In this document: positions 56,274 through 64,000 of the stretch, piece after piece
How positions within the stretch are numbered: the stretch's first letter is position 1
How the letters are laid out: each line of letters begins with the position of its first letter
Origin: an uncultured Clostridia bacterium
GTDB lineage: Bacteria > Bacillota > Clostridia > Christensenellales > UBA1242
Assembly (NCBI GenBank): GCA_934754335.1
Contig: CAKVHY010000001.1
Coordinates: forward strand, 2,484-66,483
Reading direction: 5' to 3'
DNA length: 64,000 nucleotides
The notes under the pieces: generated by a model
The model's input: only the letters and a program-made list of their open reading frames with translations
Database searches by the model: none
What the model was told of the DNA's origin: nothing
Translations under genes and position numbers: made by a program

Positions 56274-57761
56274 ATGATTAACAAAATTGGCTTTGATAGC
56301 GAAAAGTATTTAAAATTACAAAGCGAAAAAATTAAAGAAAGAATTGCCAAGTTTGGCGGAAAATTATATATGGAGTTTGGCGGAAAATTATTCGATGATT
56401 TCCATGCTTCACGAGTTTTGCCGGGTTACAATCCAAACAACAAAATAAAACTTTTAGAATCTTTAAAAGACGATGCTGAAATCATTTTTTGCATTAGTGC
56501 TTCAGATATTGAAAAGAACAAAATTAGAGCAGACTTTGGCATAACTTACGATATGGAAGTTTTAAGATTGATAGATTCGTTAAGAAAGATTGGGCTTAAA
56601 ATAAATTCCGTGGTTATAACTTTATTCACTGGTCAGCCTGCAGCAATAAAATTTAAAAATAAACTTGAACGTCATAACGAAAAAGTTTATCTTCACCTTC
56701 CAACCAAAGGCTATCCAACAGATGTGGAAACTATTGTTTCTGACGAAGGTTATGGAAAAAATCCGTATATTGAAACCACTCGTCCACTAATCGTGGTGGC
56801 AGCACCCGGCCCAGGAAGCGGGAAATTGGGTACTTGTTTATCTCAACTTTATCATGAATTTAAACGCGGAAACAAAGTTGGCTATGCAAAGTTTGAAACC
56901 TTCCCAGTTTGGAACCTTCCGCTTAAGCACCCTGTTAATATAGCCTATGAAGCGGCAACTAGCGATTTGAAAGACGTTAATATGTTAGACTCATATCACC
57001 TAGAAGCCCATGGCGAAGTAACCGTTAATTACAATAGGGATTTAGATGTTTTTCCAGTTTTGAAGGAAATCTTAAAAAAGATTACAGGCGAATATATTTA
57101 TTTATCTCCAACCGATATGGGCGTTAACATGATCGGCTATTGCATAACTGATGACGATGTTTGTAAAGAAGCAAGCAAACAAGAAATTATTAGAAGGTTC
57201 TTTAGGCAACGTGCGGATTATAAGCGTGGAAGGAGTTCGCAAGATTCGGTGGAGAGAATCCAACTTCTTATGAATGAATTAAACATTTCGCCTTCCGATA
57301 GAGCCTGCGTTCAGCCTGCAATAGATAAAGAAAAAGCCACGCATTGCCCTTCCGTTTCTATAGAATTAAAAGACGGTAGAATGATCGTTGGCAGAAACAC
57401 CGAAATCTTAACTGCAAGTGCGTCTGCCTTGTTAAATGCAATTAAAGTTTTGGCAAATATAGACGATAAATTAAAGATAATCTCTCCAACTATTTTACTT
57501 CCAATCCTTGAGATGAAAGAAAAGTTAATGGACAGAGAAAAAGGAAATCTTACTTTAAAAGACGTTTTAATTGCACTAGCAATTAGTGCAAAAGATAACG
57601 ATATTATTAAAAATGCTTATGAAAAAATATCGCTACTAAAGGGTTGCGAAGCACATTCCACTCATTTACTTCACCAATCCAACGAAGAAACTTTTAGGCA
57701 ACTTAAAATCAACATTACATGCGAAGATAAATTCTTGAGTGAAAATTTATATGATGCATAA
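56274..57761 (+). CDS. DUF1846 (UPF0371) family protein
   Basis: 495 aa. N-terminal GFDSEKYLKLQSEKIKERIAKFGGKLYMEFGGKLFDDFHASRVLPG is characteristic of this family. Confidence 0.8.
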   Translation: MINKIGFDSEKYLKLQSEKIKERIAKFGGKLYMEFGGKLFDDFHASRVLPGYNPNNKIKLLESLKDDAEIIFCISASDIEKNKIRADFGITYDMEVLRLIDSLRKIGLKINSVVITLFTGQPAAIKFKNKLERHNEKVYLHLPTKGYPTDVETIVSDEGYGKNPYIETTRPLIVVAAPGPGSGKLGTCLSQLYHEFKRGNKVGYAKFETFPVWNLPLKHPVNIAYEAATSDLKDVNMLDSYHLEAHGEVTVNYNRDLDVFPVLKEILKKITGEYIYLSPTDMGVNMIGYCITDDDVCKEASKQEIIRRFFRQRADYKRGRSSQDSVERIQLLMNELNISPSDRACVQPAIDKEKATHCPSVSIELKDGRMIVGRNTEILTASASALLNAIKVLANIDDKLKIISPTILLPILEMKEKLMDREKGNLTLKDVLIALAISAKDNDIIKNAYEKISLLKGCEAHSTHLLHQSNEETFRQLKINITCEDKFLSENLYDA

Positions 57762-57793
57762 AATATAATAAATATTTAATGTTAAAATTTATA

Positions 57794-57822
57794 TTGCAAT
57801 TTTGAATTTTTTGATATATAAT
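57794..57822 (+). promoter_or_regulatory. putative sigma-A promoter
   Basis: TTGCAA (57794-57799), 17 nt, TATAAT (57817-57822), upstream of 57854. Confidence 0.55.
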
Positions 57823-57853
57823 AGTACCACTATCAAATTTTAGGAGAAGAAAT

Positions 57854-58402
57854 ATGAAACAAGAAAGAGTGTTCCCCAAATATTTAAATCTTGCAATAAC
57901 ATTGGTGGCAATTGCAACATTTATTTGCGTTTTATTTGTTCATTTTAGTGAATCAGGTTTAAAAACTGTTATGTTCTTAGTTGGCGACGATTATCAGGTT
58001 TTCCAAGATCATTTTATAAACACCACTTGCTTAGATTATCCTTTTATGGGCTACTTATTTATCGTTGTTTTATATGCGGTTATGTTTATAACATTAATAG
58101 ATTTAATTCTATCTCCACTTATGTTTATTCCTGCAGTTAGAAAGAATTCATTTATGGCTCTTCTTTATAAAACATTCTTAATCTTCTATGGCATAATACA
58201 AATCCTTCTTTGCATCTTAGCAGTAATATTCTCATTCTTCTATTTTGCTTATTGTTCTAGATGTGGATTAAGCGTTGCTGAATTCTTTGATGCCCAAAAC
58301 AACGCTCCAGTTTTTGCAATGTTGATTATCTCAATTCTATCATTAGGTGCTATGGGTGGACTTAAATTAGTAACTTATAGAAATTATAAAAGACCAGAAT
58401 AA
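57854..58402 (+). CDS. hypothetical polytopic membrane protein
   Basis: 182 aa with about five hydrophobic helices. AGGAG RBS. Confidence 0.6.
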   Translation: MKQERVFPKYLNLAITLVAIATFICVLFVHFSESGLKTVMFLVGDDYQVFQDHFINTTCLDYPFMGYLFIVVLYAVMFITLIDLILSPLMFIPAVRKNSFMALLYKTFLIFYGIIQILLCILAVIFSFFYFAYCSRCGLSVAEFFDAQNNAPVFAMLIISILSLGAMGGLKLVTYRNYKRPE

Positions 58403-58410
58403 AAACTCAA

Positions 58411-58441
58411 AAGTTAAGACAAATAGTCTTAACTTTTTTTA
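58411..58441 (+). terminator. terminator
   Basis: AAGTTAAGAC-AAATA-GTCTTAACTT followed by TTTTTT. Confidence 0.75.
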
Positions 58442-58442
58442 T

Positions 58443-58509
58443 AAAAAAACGAGCCTATTTATGAGGTGAACCCCGCAGAGTTCACTTCATTTATAAGGCT
58501 CATTTTTTA
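58443..58509. terminator. long imperfect hairpin, bidirectional terminator (serves the GDPD gene)
   Basis: GAGCCTATTTATGAGGTGAAC-CCCGCAG-AGTTCACTTCATTTATAAGGCTC flanked by A7 and T6. Confidence 0.7.
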
Positions 58510-58511
58510 TT

Positions 58512-59279
58512 TTAATCATTACTTTCAGCGATAACATTAAAAGGTTCTTTTGGAACAAAGTCTTCAAATATAAAGTTATCAACACCATTAAGTTTAGCAG
58601 TTTTCATTGCTTGATTGCTTCTAATTGTATAAGCAAGCAATGGCAATTCACCATATTTTTTAACATATTTATTAGGCAATGCCCTATGATCATAAGATAT
58701 AAAGTCAGGCTTACTAACCCTATCATTTAACGCCATACGTTTTAACAAAACCCTCTTTAGATAAGAAAGTTTTACACCTTTAAAATTTCCAGATAATTGC
58801 CCACGCCAAACTTCCGGAGCATTAATTCTAAACCATTTTAAAACAAACGGATTAAAACTTTGGATTGCATACTTGCCTTTATATTTCTTTAATTTTTCAT
58901 AAAGTTTTGCTTCCAATTCGCCCACCTTGCCTTCGTTTTTCACTTCGATAAGCAAAGGAACTTTTCCCTTAACCAATTTTAAAACCTCATCAAACGTTGG
59001 AAGCAACTCGTTTGTTCCTTTAAGTTTTATACTTTTCAAATCTTCCTTTTTAAGTTCGGAAACTTTTCCTTGTCCGGTGGTGGTTCTCTCCAAAGTATAA
59101 TCATGAATAACAACCAAAGTGCCATCAGAAATCATTTGAACATCTAGTTCAATTGCAAAATTAGAGAGTATTGCATTTTCAAATGCTTGCCTTGAATTTT
59201 CAGGTGCAGATTTTCGATTATGTAATCCCCTATGGGCGATTTTTTGGCTAATTAGCCAACTTGTTAAGATATTTTCCAT
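58512..59279 (-). CDS. glycerophosphodiester phosphodiesterase
   Basis: IAHRGL...APENS...AIELDVQ...VVIHD GDPD motifs. The ORF-track start at 59351 lies inside the upstream gene's terminator hairpin, and the ATG at 59303 overlaps a TATAAT box. The ATG at 59279 (MENILTSW) has AAGGGG 6 nt upstream. Confidence 0.8.
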   Translation of the reverse strand: MENILTSWLISQKIAHRGLHNRKSAPENSRQAFENAILSNFAIELDVQMISDGTLVVIHDYTLERTTTGQGKVSELKKEDLKSIKLKGTNELLPTFDEVLKLVKGKVPLLIEVKNEGKVGELEAKLYEKLKKYKGKYAIQSFNPFVLKWFRINAPEVWRGQLSGNFKGVKLSYLKRVLLKRMALNDRVSKPDFISYDHRALPNKYVKKYGELPLLAYTIRSNQAMKTAKLNGVDNFIFEDFVPKEPFNVIAESND

Positions 59280-59301
59280 TTTTAGCCCCTTTTTTTTTTT
59301 C

Positions 59302-59330
59302 ATTATACTATTATTCTTTCCCAACTCCAA
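59302..59330 (-). promoter_or_regulatory. putative promoter of the GDPD gene, followed by an A11 tract
   Basis: Minus strand: TTGGAG (rc 59325-59330), 17 nt, TATAAT (rc 59302-59307), then G plus A x11 (rc 59290-59300) before GGGG and the ATG. Confidence 0.4.
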
Positions 59331-59341
59331 ACAAATATAAT

Positions 59342-59380
59342 AAAAAAGCAAGGTTTAAGTTTTGAAACTACAAACCCTGC
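59342..59380 (-). terminator. terminator of the transglutaminase-domain gene
   Basis: GCAGGGTTT...AAACCTTGC (one mismatch) followed by TTTTTT on the minus strand. Confidence 0.7.
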
Positions 59381-59385
59381 ATTTT

Positions 59386-62300
59386 TTAACCTTCTATTAT
59401 TTCAAGATTAACTATTAAATATTTTGTTCTAACAACGCCAATTGTTAGATATTCATATTTATCTGTGGCCTTCAACTTAGACTTATCTGCCAATCCCAAA
59501 CTCTGCAAATAACTATCTAATTTCTCCTGATTCGTTCCTTCCAAGTCCTTTAGAAGTGACATATCAAAATATAAAGAGATGTTTTTATCTTTGGCATTTG
59601 AGTCCACCAAGTTTGCATTATAAAACGCTTCCACTGTGTCCTTCAATTCCAAAACTTCAGTTTGTTCGCCATCAATAGTTGTTATGTGTTTATCAATCAC
59701 AAGCCTAAATTCCAAAGACACCACATAGCCTTCCAAATTGAATGCATATGTAATTTTTTCGCTATCAAAATATAGATTTAAAAGCAAACTTGAAAGTTTT
59801 AAATCTTTTAAATAATCGCAGAACGCTGTTCGCCAATCGCCATTATAATTATTTCCGCCCTGTGCCATTAGGTTTTTAACCGACATAGCATATTCATAAT
59901 CAATCACGAAATCCAAAGATTTATATCCATGCAAAACGCCAAAATCTAAAACATCTAATAGGCTATTATCTGAATTTGCCACAAGGTTTGAATTTTTTAA
60001 ATTGCCTTGTGAATCACCAAACGTATTTGAATTTGACTTATAATAATTATAATTTTCGTTTGATTTATATTCACCAAACTTATCTTCTCTTGCTTCCCAT
60101 GATTTTCTATCACTTCCAAAGAATGCATCTGAAACTAGGAAATATTTATGAGATAAAATCTCAGTATCTGCATTTTTCAACTCCGTCCAAGTTATATCAA
60201 CACCATAGTAAATTCCATCAATCTTCACCTTATTCCAAGCATGAAGAGCGTTCTTACCAGTTAGTCCGGTAATCCTAACGCATTCAATTCCTTCCATATT
60301 ACAAAGCAATGAATATGCCTTACTAAAGCCATCACAAACTGCAATTCCTTGAAGAAAAACGCCTTCTAGATAGTAAGCACAATTTTCCGTGTAGTAAATT
60401 CCCAAGTAATAATATTGATTTTGCGCATCGATATAATCATAAACTGTATTCACGCAAATCCAATCAAATATTGAAAAGGCTTTTTCATAATCAGTCATAT
60501 CATCTTTTATAATTTCATTCAAAACACTTTTTGCTTTATTATAAATAATTTCTGCTCTGCTATTTTTCTCGCAAATTGGAGTTATCTTATTCTCCACTGC
60601 CCAATATAGTTCTTCGCTCGTTGTAACATTCGTGGTTAAAAAATATGAATCAGACATATATTTTTTACTATCATCACGTGAAGCAATTGATGTTTTATAT
60701 GTATCGTAATAAGTGGAATAATATTTAGCCTGCGACTTAGTGTATTTAGAATGGTCTAATTTTATATCACATTCTTTAACACCAAAAAAATTCACCGATA
60801 TTTCATATTCTTTTTTATCTTCACTAATTGCTTTTGAAAATCTAGTTTTATATTTGCCATAGTTATAATGGCAAGTTTCGCAAAAATAACTAAACGCACT
60901 ATCAATTTGGCCTTCTATTGCTTCTTCGCCTGTTTTATTCTGTTTTGCTTCAATCTCTGCTATCGCTCTATCTGAAAACTTAATCTTATAAGTTTCATCT
61001 CTTTCAATGAAGTGATAATAAACCACATTATTTAGTTCGTCTATGCTATTTATAAAATGGTCATTAATTTGTCCATCGAACGTATAGGCTTCCCTATAAT
61101 CTTTATCTTCAAAACCTATATAATATGTAATCGGATTATACACAAGCATTTGATTAGAAACAAGGCTATTTTGAACGCCAATTCTAATCGCACTTGCATT
61201 TACCAAATTTAATGAGTCCAAATCCAAAACATTAGAATTTATACTATAGAAATATATGTTTTCACCATCGCTAACTGCAACTATAAAATCTGAAACACCA
61301 TTAAAACTAAACATTAAAATATTATTTAATTGTTCGCCTGCCTTAATTACAAATTCGCTTTCGCTTGAAGAGTTTACAACCTGATAATTTTCCGAAATTA
61401 AGGTTGCACTTCCCACCAAAATAGCAAATTCTTTCTTCTCACTTGCCAAACTTTTTATCACATTTTGAGCGCTACTTTTTGAATAAACTTGGACACTAAA
61501 TAAACCAGATTTTAAAACCAATGTTTCTAAATTAATTGTTATAATTTCTTCATCGCTTGCGATATTTCTACAAAACTCGCCATCAATATAGATATCATAA
61601 CTTTCAGCGTCTTCCACTTTTGAAAAAGACAATACATTAGTTGTATTATCTATTTCAATTTGTGGAGCATCTAAAACTTTTAGCCCGTCTTTAAATTTTA
61701 GTTTGAATTTATAAACAATTGTATCAGAGCCAAAGTTCATTTCTTCGCTTTCATTCAAATAAGTTAAATCAAAATAATCCTGAAGACTAACATCTTTCAC
61801 ATAAGCATTCGCCTTATCTAAAAGAGTTCCGCCTGAATAACTATTTAAAATACTCTGGTCAATTAATAAAATATAGTCTTTCTTTAAAATTTGCTCATTT
61901 ACTTTTGAATATGAAATCAAATATTCTGTAAGTAATTTTAACTCCGCTTTTTCATCAATCATTTGATTAAACGCTAAGTAGACCACAATCCCCTCGTTTT
62001 CGCCATCATAAGAAAAGGCTTCAGCAGAGCAAACCGTGTTAAACATTTGAGTTGGGAATTTTTGCTTTTTCAAGCCTTCCATTAATATTGCTTCTTGAAC
62101 ATTGCTTAATAATTTTTCAGAATAACCGCCCGCTTTCAAAAGTTGTTTTACATAATCATAAGAGAACACAACTTCCGTACTCTTATAATCTTCGGTGATA
62201 AAGAAATACAACAATTCCTTTAATTCTTCATTACTTTCCACAACCAAATCTATTGTTTTTGTTGTTCCATTTACGTCCATATATTCATATTTTGTGTTTG

Positions 62301-64000
62301 AATAATAATCGAAATTTTTTAGAGCAGTGGAATAATTAAAATACTTCTCTCGTTTTGACCAAGCATAATGGGTGTCACTAATAAATTCGTCTGAAACCAA
62401 GAAATATTTATGAAACATATATTCTTCTTTTTCAGATGCCACGGATTGCTCTGTCCATGTGATATCGCAAACATAGAAACTGCCATTAATCTTAATCTTA
62501 TTCCAAGCATGCAATCCGCCACCAGCACTACCTGTGATTCTAATACATTCAATTCCTTCCATATTACAAAGCAATGAATATGCCTTACTATAACCATCAC
62601 AAACTGCAATCTTTTGAATGAAAACACCTTCTAGATAGTAGGCGCAAAACCTTGTGTAATAGGCTTTATTATCTTTACTAAAAATTGTTTTTAAATTTGC
62701 GTTATCATAATTAGTGTTCACGCAAATCCAATCAAAGATTGACAATGCTTTATCATAATCGGTCATGCCATCTTTAATAATTGTTCTTAAAGTTTCTTTT
62801 GCTTTATTATAAATAATCTCCGCTCTACTTCCTGGCTTACAAATTGGAGTGATTTTATTCTCAACTGCCCAATATAATTGCTCGCTCGTTTCCACTTCTA
62901 GATTTAAAAAATATTTATCTGAAGCAAAATTGTTATAATCATTTGCTCTTGGAGTTCCGCCTTTATAAGTTTCATAATAAGGATTTTCAGTTTTACTTTG
63001 AGTGTTTTGCACAACACCATAATCTGTGGAATACAAATCTATATCACATTCCTTAACATTAAAGAAATTTATCGAAACTGCATAATCATAACTTGCACCA
63101 CTAATTCTTGTGGCATAATTATTGCCATACTTTCCTAAATCATAATGGCAAGTTTCTAAGAAATAATCAAGGCTTGTGTTGATAGAATTTATAACTTCGG
63201 AATTGGTGGCTGGAGTGGTTTGAGAATATATTCCAGTTCTATTATCTTTCGCAATCTCAAGCAAGCACTCTTCATTAAATCTAATCTTATAATCTGTGTC
63301 ACGATAAATAAAGTGATAATAAACCACATTATGAAGTTCGTCCAAACTCTCAATATAATGGTCGGCAATCATGCCATCAAAGATATAAATATTATCTGTA
63401 AATTCTCCGCTTGAAGTTGGATTAAAATAAGTTAAATCGTTATTTTCAAAATAAACATCGTCGCCAAATTCCGCTCCCACTCTGAAAGCAACAATCTCGC
63501 CATCAGATGCGTCTATCAAATTAAATGAATGAGTATTTGCATCAACTTCATAACTTTGAACTTTCTTTGAATTTGTATAAGTTAAAACGTAATATTTTTC
63601 CGCATTTTGAACTATATCCCAAGAACAGATGCTTCCTTCTAATCTAATATTCTTTGGGGCTTTATTTTTATCAAACTTTTCATTTATTTCAGACGTGGAC
63701 AAAGTTAGATTTTTATCTGCATAAATATAAACCACTTCTTGGCTTAAATTACTTTCCGTTGCCTTAGAAGATTTTGCTTTAACTCTAAATTTGTACTTTC
63801 CAAACTCTCCCAAATTGCTTTCAAAATCATAAACTTGTTCTGCCCTATCTTTTTTATTCTTAACGGTGGTTAATTCTTCATCATTAAGATAGATTATATA
63901 TTCTTCTGCATTATTAATCGTAAACCAATTAAGTTCTGCCTCATAAGCATTAAGCCCTGCCACGGGAGTGGCCAATTTCTTTGGACCACCAAAAAGTGAG
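59386..64000 (-). CDS. large protein with two tandem transglutaminase-like (Cys-His-Asp) cores, N-terminus outside the window
   Basis: The frame stays open to base 64000; the ORF-track start at 63975 is a TTG. Two super-repeats of ~700 aa each contain an FN3-like segment, the (H)YIESLDELHNVVYYHFI block and a core VCDG(Y/F)SKAYSLLCNMEGIEC...LHAWNK...DITW. Confidence 0.8.
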   Translation of the reverse strand, partial: SLFGGPKKLATPVAGLNAYEAELNWFTINNAEEYIIYLNDEELTTVKNKKDRAEQVYDFESNLGEFGKYKFRVKAKSSKATESNLSQEVVYIYADKNLTLSTSEINEKFDKNKAPKNIRLEGSICSWDIVQNAEKYYVLTYTNSKKVQSYEVDANTHSFNLIDASDGEIVAFRVGAEFGDDVYFENNDLTYFNPTSSGEFTDNIYIFDGMIADHYIESLDELHNVVYYHFIYRDTDYKIRFNEECLLEIAKDNRTGIYSQTTPATNSEVINSINTSLDYFLETCHYDLGKYGNNYATRISGASYDYAVSINFFNVKECDIDLYSTDYGVVQNTQSKTENPYYETYKGGTPRANDYNNFASDKYFLNLEVETSEQLYWAVENKITPICKPGSRAEIIYNKAKETLRTIIKDGMTDYDKALSIFDWICVNTNYDNANLKTIFSKDNKAYYTRFCAYYLEGVFIQKIAVCDGYSKAYSLLCNMEGIECIRITGSAGGGLHAWNKIKINGSFYVCDITWTEQSVASEKEEYMFHKYFLVSDEFISDTHYAWSKREKYFNYSTALKNFDYYSNTKYEYMDVNGTTKTIDLVVESNEELKELLYFFITEDYKSTEVVFSYDYVKQLLKAGGYSEKLLSNVQEAILMEGLKKQKFPTQMFNTVCSAEAFSYDGENEGIVVYLAFNQMIDEKAELKLLTEYLISYSKVNEQILKKDYILLIDQSILNSYSGGTLLDKANAYVKDVSLQDYFDLTYLNESEEMNFGSDTIVYKFKLKFKDGLKVLDAPQIEIDNTTNVLSFSKVEDAESYDIYIDGEFCRNIASDEEIITINLETLVLKSGLFSVQVYSKSSAQNVIKSLASEKKEFAILVGSATLISENYQVVNSSSESEFVIKAGEQLNNILMFSFNGVSDFIVAVSDGENIYFYSINSNVLDLDSLNLVNASAIRIGVQNSLVSNQMLVYNPITYYIGFEDKDYREAYTFDGQINDHFINSIDELNNVVYYHFIERDETYKIKFSDRAIAEIEAKQNKTGEEAIEGQIDSAFSYFCETCHYNYGKYKTRFSKAISEDKKEYEISVNFFGVKECDIKLDHSKYTKSQAKYYSTYYDTYKTSIASRDDSKKYMSDSYFLTTNVTTSEELYWAVENKITPICEKNSRAEIIYNKAKSVLNEIIKDDMTDYEKAFSIFDWICVNTVYDYIDAQNQYYYLGIYYTENCAYYLEGVFLQGIAVCDGFSKAYSLLCNMEGIECVRITGLTGKNALHAWNKVKIDGIYYGVDITWTELKNADTEILSHKYFLVSDAFFGSDRKSWEAREDKFGEYKSNENYNYYKSNSNTFGDSQGNLKNSNLVANSDNSLLDVLDFGVLHGYKSLDFVIDYEYAMSVKNLMAQGGNNYNGDWRTAFCDYLKDLKLSSLLLNLYFDSEKITYAFNLEGYVVSLEFRLVIDKHITTIDGEQTEVLELKDTVEAFYNANLVDSNAKDKNISLYFDMSLLKDLEGTNQEKLDSYLQSLGLADKSKLKATDKYEYLTIGVVRTKYLIVNLEIIEG

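Noticed and set aside
1-64000. Alternative genetic code (Mollicutes-type TGA=Trp), given the very low GC content
   Set aside because: Long ORFs are intact under the standard code. Trp is encoded by TGG throughout, and TGA terminates at least the VanW gene (54385-54387) at a sensible length.
1-64000. Mobile elements, CRISPR, tRNA or rRNA genes, and known defence systems
   Set aside because: No ORF shows transposase, integrase, recombinase, Cas, reverse-transcriptase, restriction or toxin hallmarks. No GC-rich cloverleaf-like or rRNA-like segments were seen in the intergenic regions I read. Absence cannot be proven without tRNAscan, Infernal or HMM runs.

Overview
Visibly AT-rich chromosomal segment from an endospore-forming Firmicute, probably Clostridia-like. 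It uses the standard genetic code: TGG encodes Trp and TGA is used as a stop. Most genes run on the minus strand and follow the origin-proximal housekeeping order known from Bacillus: metG-tatD-rsmA-(unknown)-veg, then a sporulation/germination block (SipL-like, spoIIR, sleB-ypeB), a 19.6-kb giant lipoprotein gene, and rpmG-secE-nusG-rplK-rplA-(inserted gene)-rplJ-rplL. Unusually, rplL is followed by aspS rather than rpoBC. The right-hand third holds spmAB, three tandem paralogous orphan genes, an RsmF-like methyltransferase, dinB, cwlD, a VanW protein, cvpA, a DUF1846 protein, a GDPD phosphodiesterase and a large protein with two transglutaminase cores that runs off the window. The left end (1-7.4 kb) looks accessory: a lipoprotein, two XRE regulators, an SGNH lipase, a DapB-like oxidoreductase and an 888-aa repeat surface protein. 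I saw no rRNA, tRNA, CRISPR array, transposase, integrase or recognisable defence system. The best candidates for something undescribed are: (1) two ~340-nt inverted copies of the aspS 3' end, differing at only 5 positions, that bracket a 4.1-kb cassette; (2) a 378-nt rplJ-rplL spacer made of tandem hairpin units that look like amplified copies of the rplL translation-initiation region; (3) a tight cluster of consensus DnaA boxes in a convergent intergenic region with no dnaA nearby; (4) a 6,529-aa lipoprotein with at least six GLUG/beta-helix modules; (5) a three-gene operon of diverged paralogs with no recognisable domains. All functional calls rest on motif recognition by eye; no database search was possible.
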